Shown here: in pieces, positions 28,418 through 37,013 of the stretch | How positions within the stretch are numbered: position 1 is the stretch's first letter | Layout of the letters: each line of letters opens with the position of its first letter | IMG/VR virus record: IMGVR_UViG_3300037572_000374 | Location: 14,506 to 78,505 of that record | DNA: 64,000 nt | Strand: one strand, 5' to 3' | Source: a virus | Program-made: the position numbers and the translations under genes | The notes under the pieces: model-generated | Told to the model about the DNA's origin: nothing | Seen by the model: only the letters and a program-made list of their open reading frames with translations | Database searches by the model: none

Positions 28418-29305
28418 ATGCAATCACCTTATAAGAAAGTAATAGTCTATGATTTAGAGACTGGTGGATTAAAACACGATCATAATGCAGTAACAGAAAT
28501 TGCTATGGTTGTAATTGATTTAGAAACTTTAAAGATAGAAGATAAGTTTTCATGTATCATAAAGCCAACCTTTGACTTAGAGAACCTAGAAGTAGATTCT
28601 ACAAAAGAAGCTAGAGCAATTTTCAAGTTAGTAGCTGAGAAGGATCCAGAAACAAAAGTAGCTTCTATAATGTATGGAGGGAAGAGGTTAACAATTAAGG
28701 ATCTTGAGTCAGTAGAAGCTGGTATACAAGAGATGGAGATGTTAATTGAAAGAAAGGGTACTCAGTTTGATTCAAAGCAAGTAGCTTTGTTAGAGAGTAG
28801 TGAGAAATATGGAAACATAGCTAAGTTATATTTTGATAAAACTTATAATCCACAAGCAATGAGTGTAACTCATATGTCAAAGGAGATGTTAATTAATGAA
28901 GGAATTGAACAAGATGAAGCAATTGATCTTATTACAGCTTTCATTGAGAAGTATACAATAGGAAATGCTAAGCCAATACTTGCAGGACACAATATAAAGA
29001 AGTTTGACAATCCATTCTTAGAGAAATTGTTAAGAAGAAAGGGTCATGACATTTATAAGTTGACAAATGACACTCAAATGATTGATACATTAGAGTGGGC
29101 TAGATTAAGATGGTTTGAATTACCAAGTTATTCTTTAGGAGTTTGTGCTAATGCATCAGGATTAACATTAAAAGAAGCTCATCGTGCAGAAAGTGACACA
29201 ATGGCCAATGCAGAATTCTTAATTGTAATGCTAAAAGGATTGAGATCTAATGGATCTAACTCTGAAGAAAAGTACGAACGTAGGAAGTTTAAATTTAATT
29301 TTTGA
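28418..29305 (+). CDS. DEDDh 3'-5' exonuclease (DnaQ/epsilon-like)
   Basis: YDLETGG, AGHNIKKFD, AHRAESD. Confidence 0.85.
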   Translation: MQSPYKKVIVYDLETGGLKHDHNAVTEIAMVVIDLETLKIEDKFSCIIKPTFDLENLEVDSTKEARAIFKLVAEKDPETKVASIMYGGKRLTIKDLESVEAGIQEMEMLIERKGTQFDSKQVALLESSEKYGNIAKLYFDKTYNPQAMSVTHMSKEMLINEGIEQDEAIDLITAFIEKYTIGNAKPILAGHNIKKFDNPFLEKLLRRKGHDIYKLTNDTQMIDTLEWARLRWFELPSYSLGVCANASGLTLKEAHRAESDTMANAEFLIVMLKGLRSNGSNSEEKYERRKFKFNF

Positions 29306-29337
29306 TATGAGAGACTATAAAAATAATTAAAATAATT

Positions 29338-29370
29338 GTTGCTTCGTATGTTTGTTTAACAGTATCTTTG
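29338..29370 (+). promoter_or_regulatory. sigmaA-type promoter motif
   Basis: GTTGCTTCGTAT..AGTATCTTTG. Confidence 0.75.
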
Positions 29371-29385
29371 TGGAAAGAAATAATT

Positions 29386-29556
29386 ATGACAGCAATTTAT
29401 CAAAATAAAGCGACAAAAGAAACTTACAAATTAGGAGGAGTGAGTGGAATCGAACAAGCATGGAATATGGCAAACTTTGTTTGCAATAGAAACAATTGGA
29501 ATATCGAAATGTTTCATACAGACGTAAGAGTATCTATAAAACAAGAAACAATTTAA
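29386..29556 (+). CDS. Hypothetical protein
   Basis: ORF track trimmed to ATG. Confidence 0.5.
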   Translation: MTAIYQNKATKETYKLGGVSGIEQAWNMANFVCNRNNWNIEMFHTDVRVSIKQETI

Positions 29557-29567
29557 AAAACAAAATT

Positions 29568-29738
29568 ATGATAGCAACAATTTTAATAGTATTTATGATG
29601 ACATTAAGAATAGGTATTCACCTTGCAAAGCATGGAGAGGAAATGGATACAAAGTTTAATTTCCCTCAACAAGTTTTATTTTTCTTATTATGGATGGGGA
29701 TGTTTTATGCAGCGGGTTTATTCGATAAATTTATTTAA
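29568..29738 (+). CDS. Small 2-TM protein
   Basis: ORF track trimmed; hydrophobic. Confidence 0.5.
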   Translation: MIATILIVFMMTLRIGIHLAKHGEEMDTKFNFPQQVLFFLLWMGMFYAAGLFDKFI

Positions 29739-29740
29739 TT

Positions 29741-29944
29741 ATGACAGCAAAAGAAAAAGCAAAAGAGTTAGTAGATATGTTTTGTTGGCATCAAAGCGAT
29801 GACTATCCAAATAGTGATGAAGATTATCACGCCAAACAATGTGCATTAATTTGTGTAGATGAGATATTAGATGCAGTTACTACTATAGCAGATAAGAAAT
29901 TTGAATTTTATACAGAAGTTAAACAAGAAATAAATAAATTATGA
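29741..29944 (+). CDS. Hypothetical phage protein (KEKAKELV..AKQCALI family)
   Basis: ORF track. Confidence 0.6.
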   Translation: MTAKEKAKELVDMFCWHQSDDYPNSDEDYHAKQCALICVDEILDAVTTIADKKFEFYTEVKQEINKL

Positions 29945-29998
29945 AAAACATTTTAGGAACACAGGAAATTTTAAATTAATCAAATAAAACAATAAATT

Positions 29999-30469
29999 AT
30001 GAGTAACGCAAAGTTTACTTCATCAAAAGTATTTGATGGATTCAGTACAGTATTCAGACAACATTCAGCTGGAGATACACACTGTAGATTCTTACATGGA
30101 TATGGTATATCTTTCAAAGTATATTTTGAAGGAGAATTAGATCATAGAAATTGGGTATGGGATTTTGGAGGAATGAAAAGAGCCAAAACCAAGATTGATG
30201 GAATGTCAGCTAAGCAGTGGATGGACTATATGTTCGACCACACACTTGTTATGGCAATAGATGATCCAGCTTTAGAAGACTTTAAAAAGTTAGATGATAA
30301 AGGACTTGTTCAATTAAGAATAATTCCAGCTACTGGAGCAGAGAAATTTGCAGAGTTCATTTACAATAAGTTAAATGACTTTGTAATTACAGAAACAGAA
30401 GGAAGAGTTCGTGTAACTAAAGTTGACTTTAGAGAGCATGCTAAGAACGAAGCTTCGTTTGGAGAGTAA
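29999..30469 (+). CDS. queD: 6-carboxy-5,6,7,8-tetrahydropterin synthase
   Basis: HCRFLHGY, DFG, FDHT, GAEKFA; next to queE. Confidence 0.85.
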   Translation: MSNAKFTSSKVFDGFSTVFRQHSAGDTHCRFLHGYGISFKVYFEGELDHRNWVWDFGGMKRAKTKIDGMSAKQWMDYMFDHTLVMAIDDPALEDFKKLDDKGLVQLRIIPATGAEKFAEFIYNKLNDFVITETEGRVRVTKVDFREHAKNEASFGE

Positions 30470-30494
30470 ATAACGTAAAATAAATTATAGTATT

Positions 30495-31349
30495 ATGAGT
30501 GAATTTAAAAAAGTGAATCTATCTAAGTTGATAGTTGCTGACAGAAAAGAGCCTAAAGCTCCTGAAGTAAAACAATTGAAGAGGATTAAAGATAAAGATA
30601 AAACTTTACCAATTGCTGAGATTTATACTGCAGTACAGTCAGAAGGAAGTAGAGCAGGAATGCCTACAGTAGTAATTAGAACGACTGGATGTACACATAG
30701 ATGTTATTTCGGTGAAGGAGGATGGTGTGATTCTTGGTACACAAGTATTCATCCAGACAAGGGAAGTTATAGTTTCAATGATATCATAAAAGCATATGAT
30801 GATAATCCACATATATCAGAAATGATGTTGACTGGAGGAAGTCCATCAATGCATAGTGCATTAGTAAATGAACTAACACACTTTGCAAATGAACGCAACA
30901 TTGTAATTACAATGGAAACAGAAGGTTCTCACTTCTTAGCAACTGATTATCCAATAGGATTATTAAGTATCAGTCCTAAGTTTAGTAATTCAGTACCAGT
31001 TTTAGGTGTAGAAACTCCTTTAGGTGCAATTACAGATGAGAGAATGATTAAGCAACACAATAAGTTGAGAATTAACACTCCAGCAATATTAGCTTCAATC
31101 GATTATCATACAGACTATCACATTAAACCAGTATGGGGTGGAAGTAATTATGAAGACTTGAAAGAGATTACTGACTATTTAGAAGAGTTAGGAGTTGAAG
31201 AGAGTAAAGTATACTTTATGCCAGCAGGAGATTCAAGAGAGTCATTACAAGTTTCATATCCTTTAGTATTTGATTGGGTAAGAGATAATGGATACAGAAT
31301 GACTTGGAGACCTCACATCATTGCATTTGAAGACCAAAGGGAAGTATAA
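30495..31349 (+). CDS. queE: 7-carboxy-7-deazaguanine synthase (radical SAM)
   Basis: EIYTAVQSEG, RTTGCTHRC..WCDS, LTGGSP, ETEG, SISPK. Confidence 0.9.
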   Translation: MSEFKKVNLSKLIVADRKEPKAPEVKQLKRIKDKDKTLPIAEIYTAVQSEGSRAGMPTVVIRTTGCTHRCYFGEGGWCDSWYTSIHPDKGSYSFNDIIKAYDDNPHISEMMLTGGSPSMHSALVNELTHFANERNIVITMETEGSHFLATDYPIGLLSISPKFSNSVPVLGVETPLGAITDERMIKQHNKLRINTPAILASIDYHTDYHIKPVWGGSNYEDLKEITDYLEELGVEESKVYFMPAGDSRESLQVSYPLVFDWVRDNGYRMTWRPHIIAFEDQREV

Positions 31350-31852
31350 TGAATATGAAATTAATATATGGATCAGATACAGGAAAGACTGAAGAGGTAT
31401 GTGAAATTGTCGAGAGAGAATTTGATCGTATTGATGAAGTAGTTGAAGTGTCTGAGATGGAAGGAGATGATTGGACTAGTCATGATTTTTATATGATTGG
31501 TCTTTCAACTTGGTACGATGGAGACTTAGTATCGGCTTGGGAAGATTACTTTGATGAATTTAAAACAAAAGATTTTAGAAATAAGACGTTTTGTTTATTT
31601 GGATTAGGAGATCAAGAGGGCTATGGAGAATATTTTATAGATGGAGTAGGAATGTTGGCTGAGGTTATTGTTGAGAATGGTGGAACAATTATTGGTAATT
31701 GGAGTACTGAAGGATATGATTACGAACAGAGCAAGGCTGAAATAAATAAAGAAATGTTTTATGGATTGGCTTTAGATGAAGACAATCAAGACGAACTATC
31801 TGAAGAGAGAATTTCTCAATGGATTATTCAACTACAAAAAGAATTAGAATAA
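31349..31852 (+). CDS. Long-chain flavodoxin
   Basis: YGSDTGKTE, STWYDG, FGLGDQ.GY, GLALDEDNQ. Confidence 0.9.
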   Translation: MNMKLIYGSDTGKTEEVCEIVEREFDRIDEVVEVSEMEGDDWTSHDFYMIGLSTWYDGDLVSAWEDYFDEFKTKDFRNKTFCLFGLGDQEGYGEYFIDGVGMLAEVIVENGGTIIGNWSTEGYDYEQSKAEINKEMFYGLALDEDNQDELSEERISQWIIQLQKELE

Positions 31853-31865
31853 AGCGAGAGATAAA

Positions 31866-31896
31866 GTTGCTAGATTGAAATAATTTAGTATCTTTA
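31866..31896 (+). promoter_or_regulatory. sigmaA-type promoter motif
   Basis: GTTGCT..AGTATCTTTA before folE. Confidence 0.65.
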
Positions 31897-31925
31897 TCAA
31901 AATTATAAACTAAAAACGTAAAATT

Positions 31926-32633
31926 ATGAGTAACAAAACATTCGTAGATAACTTAGAGCTAGCTGAGGCTGGTCATGCTAATGGTATATCTACACAATTA
32001 GAAATTGCAAGACAGACGTTTGGTCCTGAGGCTGAATTAACTGTAGAGCAAAAACAAGTGATCATCGACAATGCTGCAAAAGCATATGGAGATTTCTTAA
32101 CTGCTCTTGGAGTAGATTATAAGAATGATCCTAATTCAAATGACACTCCAAATAGAGTTGCAAAAGCATATGTGAACGACTTATGGGCAGGAAGATATAA
32201 TGCAATGAGTAAGATTACTGGATTTCCATCTGATGGATATGATGGTATTGTACAAGAGTCTCACATTCCAGTAGTGTCTATGTGTTCTCACCACCACCAA
32301 GCAATTGGAGGTTCTGTAAGTATTGCTTACATTGCATCTCTTGATGGTAAAGTAGTTGGACTTTCTAAATTAAATAGAATAGTTGAATTGTTTGGAAGAA
32401 GAGGTGCTATTCAAGAACAACTTACAGTTGCAATACATAATGCAGTAGATAAGATTTGTGAAGGTAATCAAGGAGTAGCTGTTAATATTTCTGCAACACA
32501 CAACTGTGTATCTTGTAGAGGAGTTAAACATCAGGGAGCTTCAATGCAAACTGCAAAGTTATCTGGATTCTTTAAGGATGATCCAGCAGCTAGAAACGAA
32601 TTTTATACTAACATTTCATTAAGCGCTAAATAA
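31926..32633 (+). CDS. folE: GTP cyclohydrolase I
   Basis: TPNRVAK, SMCSHH, VGLSKLNR, QEQLT, HNCVSCRG. Confidence 0.95.
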   Translation: MSNKTFVDNLELAEAGHANGISTQLEIARQTFGPEAELTVEQKQVIIDNAAKAYGDFLTALGVDYKNDPNSNDTPNRVAKAYVNDLWAGRYNAMSKITGFPSDGYDGIVQESHIPVVSMCSHHHQAIGGSVSIAYIASLDGKVVGLSKLNRIVELFGRRGAIQEQLTVAIHNAVDKICEGNQGVAVNISATHNCVSCRGVKHQGASMQTAKLSGFFKDDPAARNEFYTNISLSAK

Positions 32634-33200
32634 ATGAACTTAAATCAATACCAAAAGCAAGCCATAACGACTAAGATATATGCTGATGAAGCTGCTCTTA
32701 GTTATTTGGCCCTTGGTTTGGGAGGGGAGTCTTCTGAACTATTCGAAAAGATAAAAGAAAGTAGAAAGGAGATCACTACTTTAGAAGGTGATAAATTACA
32801 ATTACTTGCAAAAGAGATTGGTGATGTATATTGGTACTTGGCTGGATTGGCTCAAGAGACTGATCAGAAATTAGGTGATATCTATTTTGATTACTCTAAA
32901 GATTTGCCAGTAGATAGTAAATTTGATAATGTAGTTGACATGCTAGTTGTTGAAACTGGAGCAGTATTGGAAGTATTCAAGAAGGCTTTGAGAGATGATT
33001 ACACACTATTTGTTGATAAGAAATTAGTACCAGGTAAATTTATGAAGATGAATGTAGCGATTGCTAATTTGTTAACCATATGTGAATACCTAGCTAACTT
33101 CTTTGGAGTAGAAGTAAGTACAATCTTACAGCAAAATGTAGATAAGTTAGCATCAAGAGCTAAAAGAGGAACTTTAAGTGGATCAGGAGATGTTAGATAA
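32634..33200 (+). CDS. MazG-like NTP pyrophosphohydrolase
   Basis: LGLGGESSEL, KEIGDVYWY, NVDKLASR..RGTLSGSGD.R. Confidence 0.8.
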   Translation: MNLNQYQKQAITTKIYADEAALSYLALGLGGESSELFEKIKESRKEITTLEGDKLQLLAKEIGDVYWYLAGLAQETDQKLGDIYFDYSKDLPVDSKFDNVVDMLVVETGAVLEVFKKALRDDYTLFVDKKLVPGKFMKMNVAIANLLTICEYLANFFGVEVSTILQQNVDKLASRAKRGTLSGSGDVR

Positions 33201-33555
33201 GGTAATTAAAACAATAGGTGTGAAGACTTCGGTAGAAGGGTTTCATGCATTCGCTAAAGCAGTTGAAATGTTTGGACAAGATGTAGATTTTCTTGCAGTA
33301 AGACATAGACATAATTTTGGTGTAGAGATGGAGATTATTGTGAATCACAATGACAGAGATCAAGAGTTTATTCTTGTTCAGAGAAGAGTGCAAAAGTATT
33401 TATATGACAAATATGGTTTTCCAGCTGAGTTTGGAAACTTGAGTTGTGAAGCTATTGCTGAAGAATTAATGAATAAGTTTAATGCAATTGTTGTAAAGGT
33501 AGATGAAGATGGAGAAAACTTTGCAAGAATTAGAAAACAAAATTATTGTTCATGA
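33190..33555 (+). CDS. dpdL: QueD-like T-fold protein, probable CDG decarboxylase (DpdL-like)
   Basis: LAVRHRHNF fits the LxxxHRHxF signature as I recall it; SCEAIAE; cluster lacks queC. Confidence 0.65.
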   Translation: MLDKVIKTIGVKTSVEGFHAFAKAVEMFGQDVDFLAVRHRHNFGVEMEIIVNHNDRDQEFILVQRRVQKYLYDKYGFPAEFGNLSCEAIAEELMNKFNAIVVKVDEDGENFARIRKQNYCS

Positions 33556-34013
33556 GTAGAAGAGTAATATTTATTTCAGGAGAGATTTGTAGTGGAAAAG
33601 ATACTATGATTGAAAATACATATTCAGGAGTTCAATATCAACAGATTGATTTAGGACAGTTAGTTAGAGAGAAGTTTCAAACAACTGAAAGGATCTTTGA
33701 TAACAACTTAGAGGACTACTTTGAAGAAAGGATTAACGATATCATTAATGAGAATCAGCACATATATATTATCACTGGACTAAGACAACCTACATTGGCA
33801 AGAAAACTTGAGAAGCTATTTGATGTTGTAGAACACAAATACTTAGTTGTGCCAAGAGATATTTTAAAAGAGAGGTATCTTAACAGAGGAGATGAGAAAG
33901 ATGCTAAGATCTTATTTGAAGATGCAATTAAGGGAGATCAGTCTTTGGGTATGAAGGAATTGCAATACTATTTATTAACAGAAGTTGAATGTGACTTCAT
34001 AAAGAATTATTAA
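33552..34013 (+). CDS. P-loop nucleotide kinase-like protein
   Basis: ISGEICSGKDT Walker A, ITGLR, RYLNRG lid. Confidence 0.65.
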   Translation: MSRRVIFISGEICSGKDTMIENTYSGVQYQQIDLGQLVREKFQTTERIFDNNLEDYFEERINDIINENQHIYIITGLRQPTLARKLEKLFDVVEHKYLVVPRDILKERYLNRGDEKDAKILFEDAIKGDQSLGMKELQYYLLTEVECDFIKNY

Positions 34014-34014
34014 T

Positions 34015-34791
34015 ATGGACTTTTATGTAATACCACCTAACTCTCAGATGGAGTTAATGAAGAAAGGAGATAGATACTTTTGTTTATCTCAGATATATTT
34101 AAGGAATGCAGAATACAGAGCATTCTTTAAAGCAAGAGTAGCTGAAGGAGCATGGGTAACACTAGACAATGGAGCTGGTGATCATGAAACTGTAACAAAG
34201 GAACAAGTACTTGAGATAGCAAGAGAGTTGCAACCAAGTGAATTGATACCTTTAGACATACTATTCAATAGTAAAGAGACTTATAAAAATCTTTTATGGA
34301 CTATTGAAGAAATGAAAAAGGATCCATTGTTAAAAGACATTGAAGTATTTGCATGTCCACAAGGAGAAGATTTAGACTCATGGTTAGAGTTGTATGAAAC
34401 CTTATTGGGTATGCCAGAAGTAAATACAATTGGAATGAGTAAACTAGCAATACCATTTGTTATCTCTGGAGTTAAATTTGGAGATGTAGGAATTGCACAA
34501 GATAGAAACGATATGTTTAAGATCTTAAAGAATCAAGGTTTATTAGGTAAGCCTTTACATTTCTTAGGAGCTGGAGAAGCATGGGAGTTTGAATTATATA
34601 AAGGTGAGGAGTTTGTAAGATCAACAGATAGTTGTTTTACAGTTTGGTCAGGAATGAACGATCAGAAGTTTGGTACTGAAGAGTATACAAGAATCCCAAC
34701 ACCACATGATTACTTTGATAGAATCATGACAGAAGAACAAATACAATTGGCTTTACATAACATAGAGTATATGGCAAAAGTCACAAGTTAA
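34015..34791 (+). CDS. dpdA: TGT-fold DNA guanine transglycosylase-like protein (DpdA-like)
   Basis: TLDNGA, LHFLG and RSTDS motifs; last gene of the deazaguanine cluster. Confidence 0.6.
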   Translation: MDFYVIPPNSQMELMKKGDRYFCLSQIYLRNAEYRAFFKARVAEGAWVTLDNGAGDHETVTKEQVLEIARELQPSELIPLDILFNSKETYKNLLWTIEEMKKDPLLKDIEVFACPQGEDLDSWLELYETLLGMPEVNTIGMSKLAIPFVISGVKFGDVGIAQDRNDMFKILKNQGLLGKPLHFLGAGEAWEFELYKGEEFVRSTDSCFTVWSGMNDQKFGTEEYTRIPTPHDYFDRIMTEEQIQLALHNIEYMAKVTS

Positions 34792-34886
34792 TACTGTAAT
34801 TTACGTTACATAGATGGATTGGCCTCTACTTTAATTAGTAGGGGTTATTCCTAATTTTAAAAATAATTAATCTTTTTTTAATAAAA

Positions 34887-34919
34887 GTAGCTTCGTATAT
34901 TCTAAAAGGAGTATCTTTA
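34887..34919 (+). promoter_or_regulatory. sigmaA-type promoter motif
   Basis: GTAGCTTCGTAT..GGAGTATCTTTA. Confidence 0.65.
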
Positions 34920-34940
34920 TATCAAAGAAAAACATATATT

Positions 34941-35453
34941 ATGAAATTATCAAACAAAGATGCAAAAAAAGTTTACGGATTGACACAGTTTGTAGGTGGT
35001 GCGGGGTTAAGTACAGCAGGATATACTAGGGGTATTGGATGGGCTTATGTTTTTGATGTAAACGGTTATAAAGTTACTAAGAATGTTTATGATAGCGGAC
35101 ATGAGTCTTACTCTATAATTGGTAAGAATATACTTCAAAACATCTCTATGGAGGTTTTAGATATGTCTTTAGTAGAGGCTACTAACGAATCTTTAAGAGT
35201 TGAATTATTGTCTACCATTATGGATGCAGATTTAACAAGAGTTATAAAAGTAATGACAGATAATAAAGAAGGATTTACTTTTTTTATGGGTAATATAGAT
35301 AGTTCTAAAGACTTATCTTTTGCTAGTGTAGTTAAAGATTACTACTCTAAAAATTTTCATTTTCCAACTGACACAAACGCAATTATTAAGGTGATGGTAA
35401 AATATGGTTATGAGTTTACTACTATGGCAAACGCTAATAAATTAATAAGATAA
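34941..35453 (+). CDS. Hypothetical protein
   Basis: ORF track; no GATC, unlike its neighbours. Confidence 0.6.
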   Translation: MKLSNKDAKKVYGLTQFVGGAGLSTAGYTRGIGWAYVFDVNGYKVTKNVYDSGHESYSIIGKNILQNISMEVLDMSLVEATNESLRVELLSTIMDADLTRVIKVMTDNKEGFTFFMGNIDSSKDLSFASVVKDYYSKNFHFPTDTNAIIKVMVKYGYEFTTMANANKLIR

Positions 35454-35456
35454 TAT

Positions 35457-37010
35457 ATGAATAAGGAACAAAATAAATTATACAATTACTGTAAAGCAAT
35501 GCTTCTAGATTTTACGATCGAAGGAGAATTCTTGCTTATAGATGGTAATAAGTATATGATCTTAAATGATGAAATTAATCTTATAGATGAAGATGGAGAT
35601 TTTGAACCTGATTCAGTTTTTAAACTAACTGACGATGTAGATGGATTTGTATATGAATTTGGAGGAAGATTCTATACACAAAATAAAGAACAAGATTTAA
35701 CTTTAACTGAGTTAAATTATATTGGTAAAGCAAAAGAGAAATTACCAACAAAATCTTTTCTAGGAATAAGATCAGGATATGAACTTATGAATGGAATGGG
35801 ATTATATAAGTCATGGATATCAAAAGCAAAGTTCTTAGGAGCTGAGGCTTTAGGAATCTGTGAGAAGAATACTCTTGGTGGAGTGCTAAACTTTCAGAAC
35901 GAATGTAAGAATGCAAACATCAAGTCAATAATTGGAATGACTATTTCTGTTGAAGGATCCAAAACATATGATGTAAAATTATATGCAAAGAACTTTCAAG
36001 GATGGTTAAACTTATTGAAGTTCAATACTATAATTAATGTAGATTTGAATTTCAGTGTTCCAATTTCAACATTAGAAAATAACAAAGAAGGATTATTCAT
36101 TGTTGCAGATCCTAAAAGTATGGATTATCACAATGTTAATGAATTAGATGTAGACTTTTATCAATTAGATACTGTAAACTTTTTGAATGCAGATAGAGAT
36201 GAGAAGTACATCAATAATTTAGAGCTATTTATTACGAGCGATATTGAACCAATTAGTATTACAGATGCATTTTATTTAGAATCACAAGACTTTCAGACTA
36301 GAGAATCTTTGTGGACTATCAATAAAGCATTTGACGATAAGACTGACAATCAATATTTCAAGTCTAAGTCACAATATGCTGGTGAATTATTAACTATGTT
36401 TGATTCACAAGATAAGAGTTGGATTGAATTGTATAAAAGAGCAATAAGTAATGAGGTAGTGTTGGTTGAGAATTGTAACTTTAGTTATGATACAGATACA
36501 AGACACTTGCCAAGATATATAATGACTGAAGAAGAGTCTGAAAACTTTGATACAAATGAACTATTGTTCATGAATATAGTTAAGAAAGGATTTAAAGATA
36601 GAGAAGTTAAGGATGCAGAAAAATATGTAGCAAGATTAAAAAAAGAGATTGCTGTATTGAAGATGGGTGATGTAATAGATTACTTTTTAAGTCTTCATGA
36701 TATTATTAGATATGCAAAAAGCAAAAAGATGTTAACTGGAATTGGTCGAGGATCAGCTGGTGGAAGTTTAGTTGCTTATTTGATGGGAATTATTCAAGTG
36801 GATCCTTTAAGATTCGATTTATTATTTGAAAGATTTTTGAATAGTGGAAGGATGGGTAAATTTGAAGAAAGACCTTCTTACATTATTGAAGCAGATGGTG
36901 AAACTTTAGAATTTGAAGAGGGATCCTTAGTAAGAATAAAAAGAGATAGTAAAGAAACAGTTGTCTTTGTACATGAAGTTGTAGAAGGTGATGAAATAAT
37001 AAGATACTAA
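35457..37010 (+). CDS. dnaE: DNA polymerase III alpha, N-terminal part (PHP and start of palm)
   Basis: GIGRGSAGGSLVAYLMGI..DPL..LLFERFLN, then a ~50 aa non-DnaE tail. Confidence 0.9.
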   Translation: MNKEQNKLYNYCKAMLLDFTIEGEFLLIDGNKYMILNDEINLIDEDGDFEPDSVFKLTDDVDGFVYEFGGRFYTQNKEQDLTLTELNYIGKAKEKLPTKSFLGIRSGYELMNGMGLYKSWISKAKFLGAEALGICEKNTLGGVLNFQNECKNANIKSIIGMTISVEGSKTYDVKLYAKNFQGWLNLLKFNTIINVDLNFSVPISTLENNKEGLFIVADPKSMDYHNVNELDVDFYQLDTVNFLNADRDEKYINNLELFITSDIEPISITDAFYLESQDFQTRESLWTINKAFDDKTDNQYFKSKSQYAGELLTMFDSQDKSWIELYKRAISNEVVLVENCNFSYDTDTRHLPRYIMTEEESENFDTNELLFMNIVKKGFKDREVKDAEKYVARLKKEIAVLKMGDVIDYFLSLHDIIRYAKSKKMLTGIGRGSAGGSLVAYLMGIIQVDPLRFDLLFERFLNSGRMGKFEERPSYIIEADGETLEFEEGSLVRIKRDSKETVVFVHEVVEGDEIIRY

Positions 37011-37013
37011 AAT

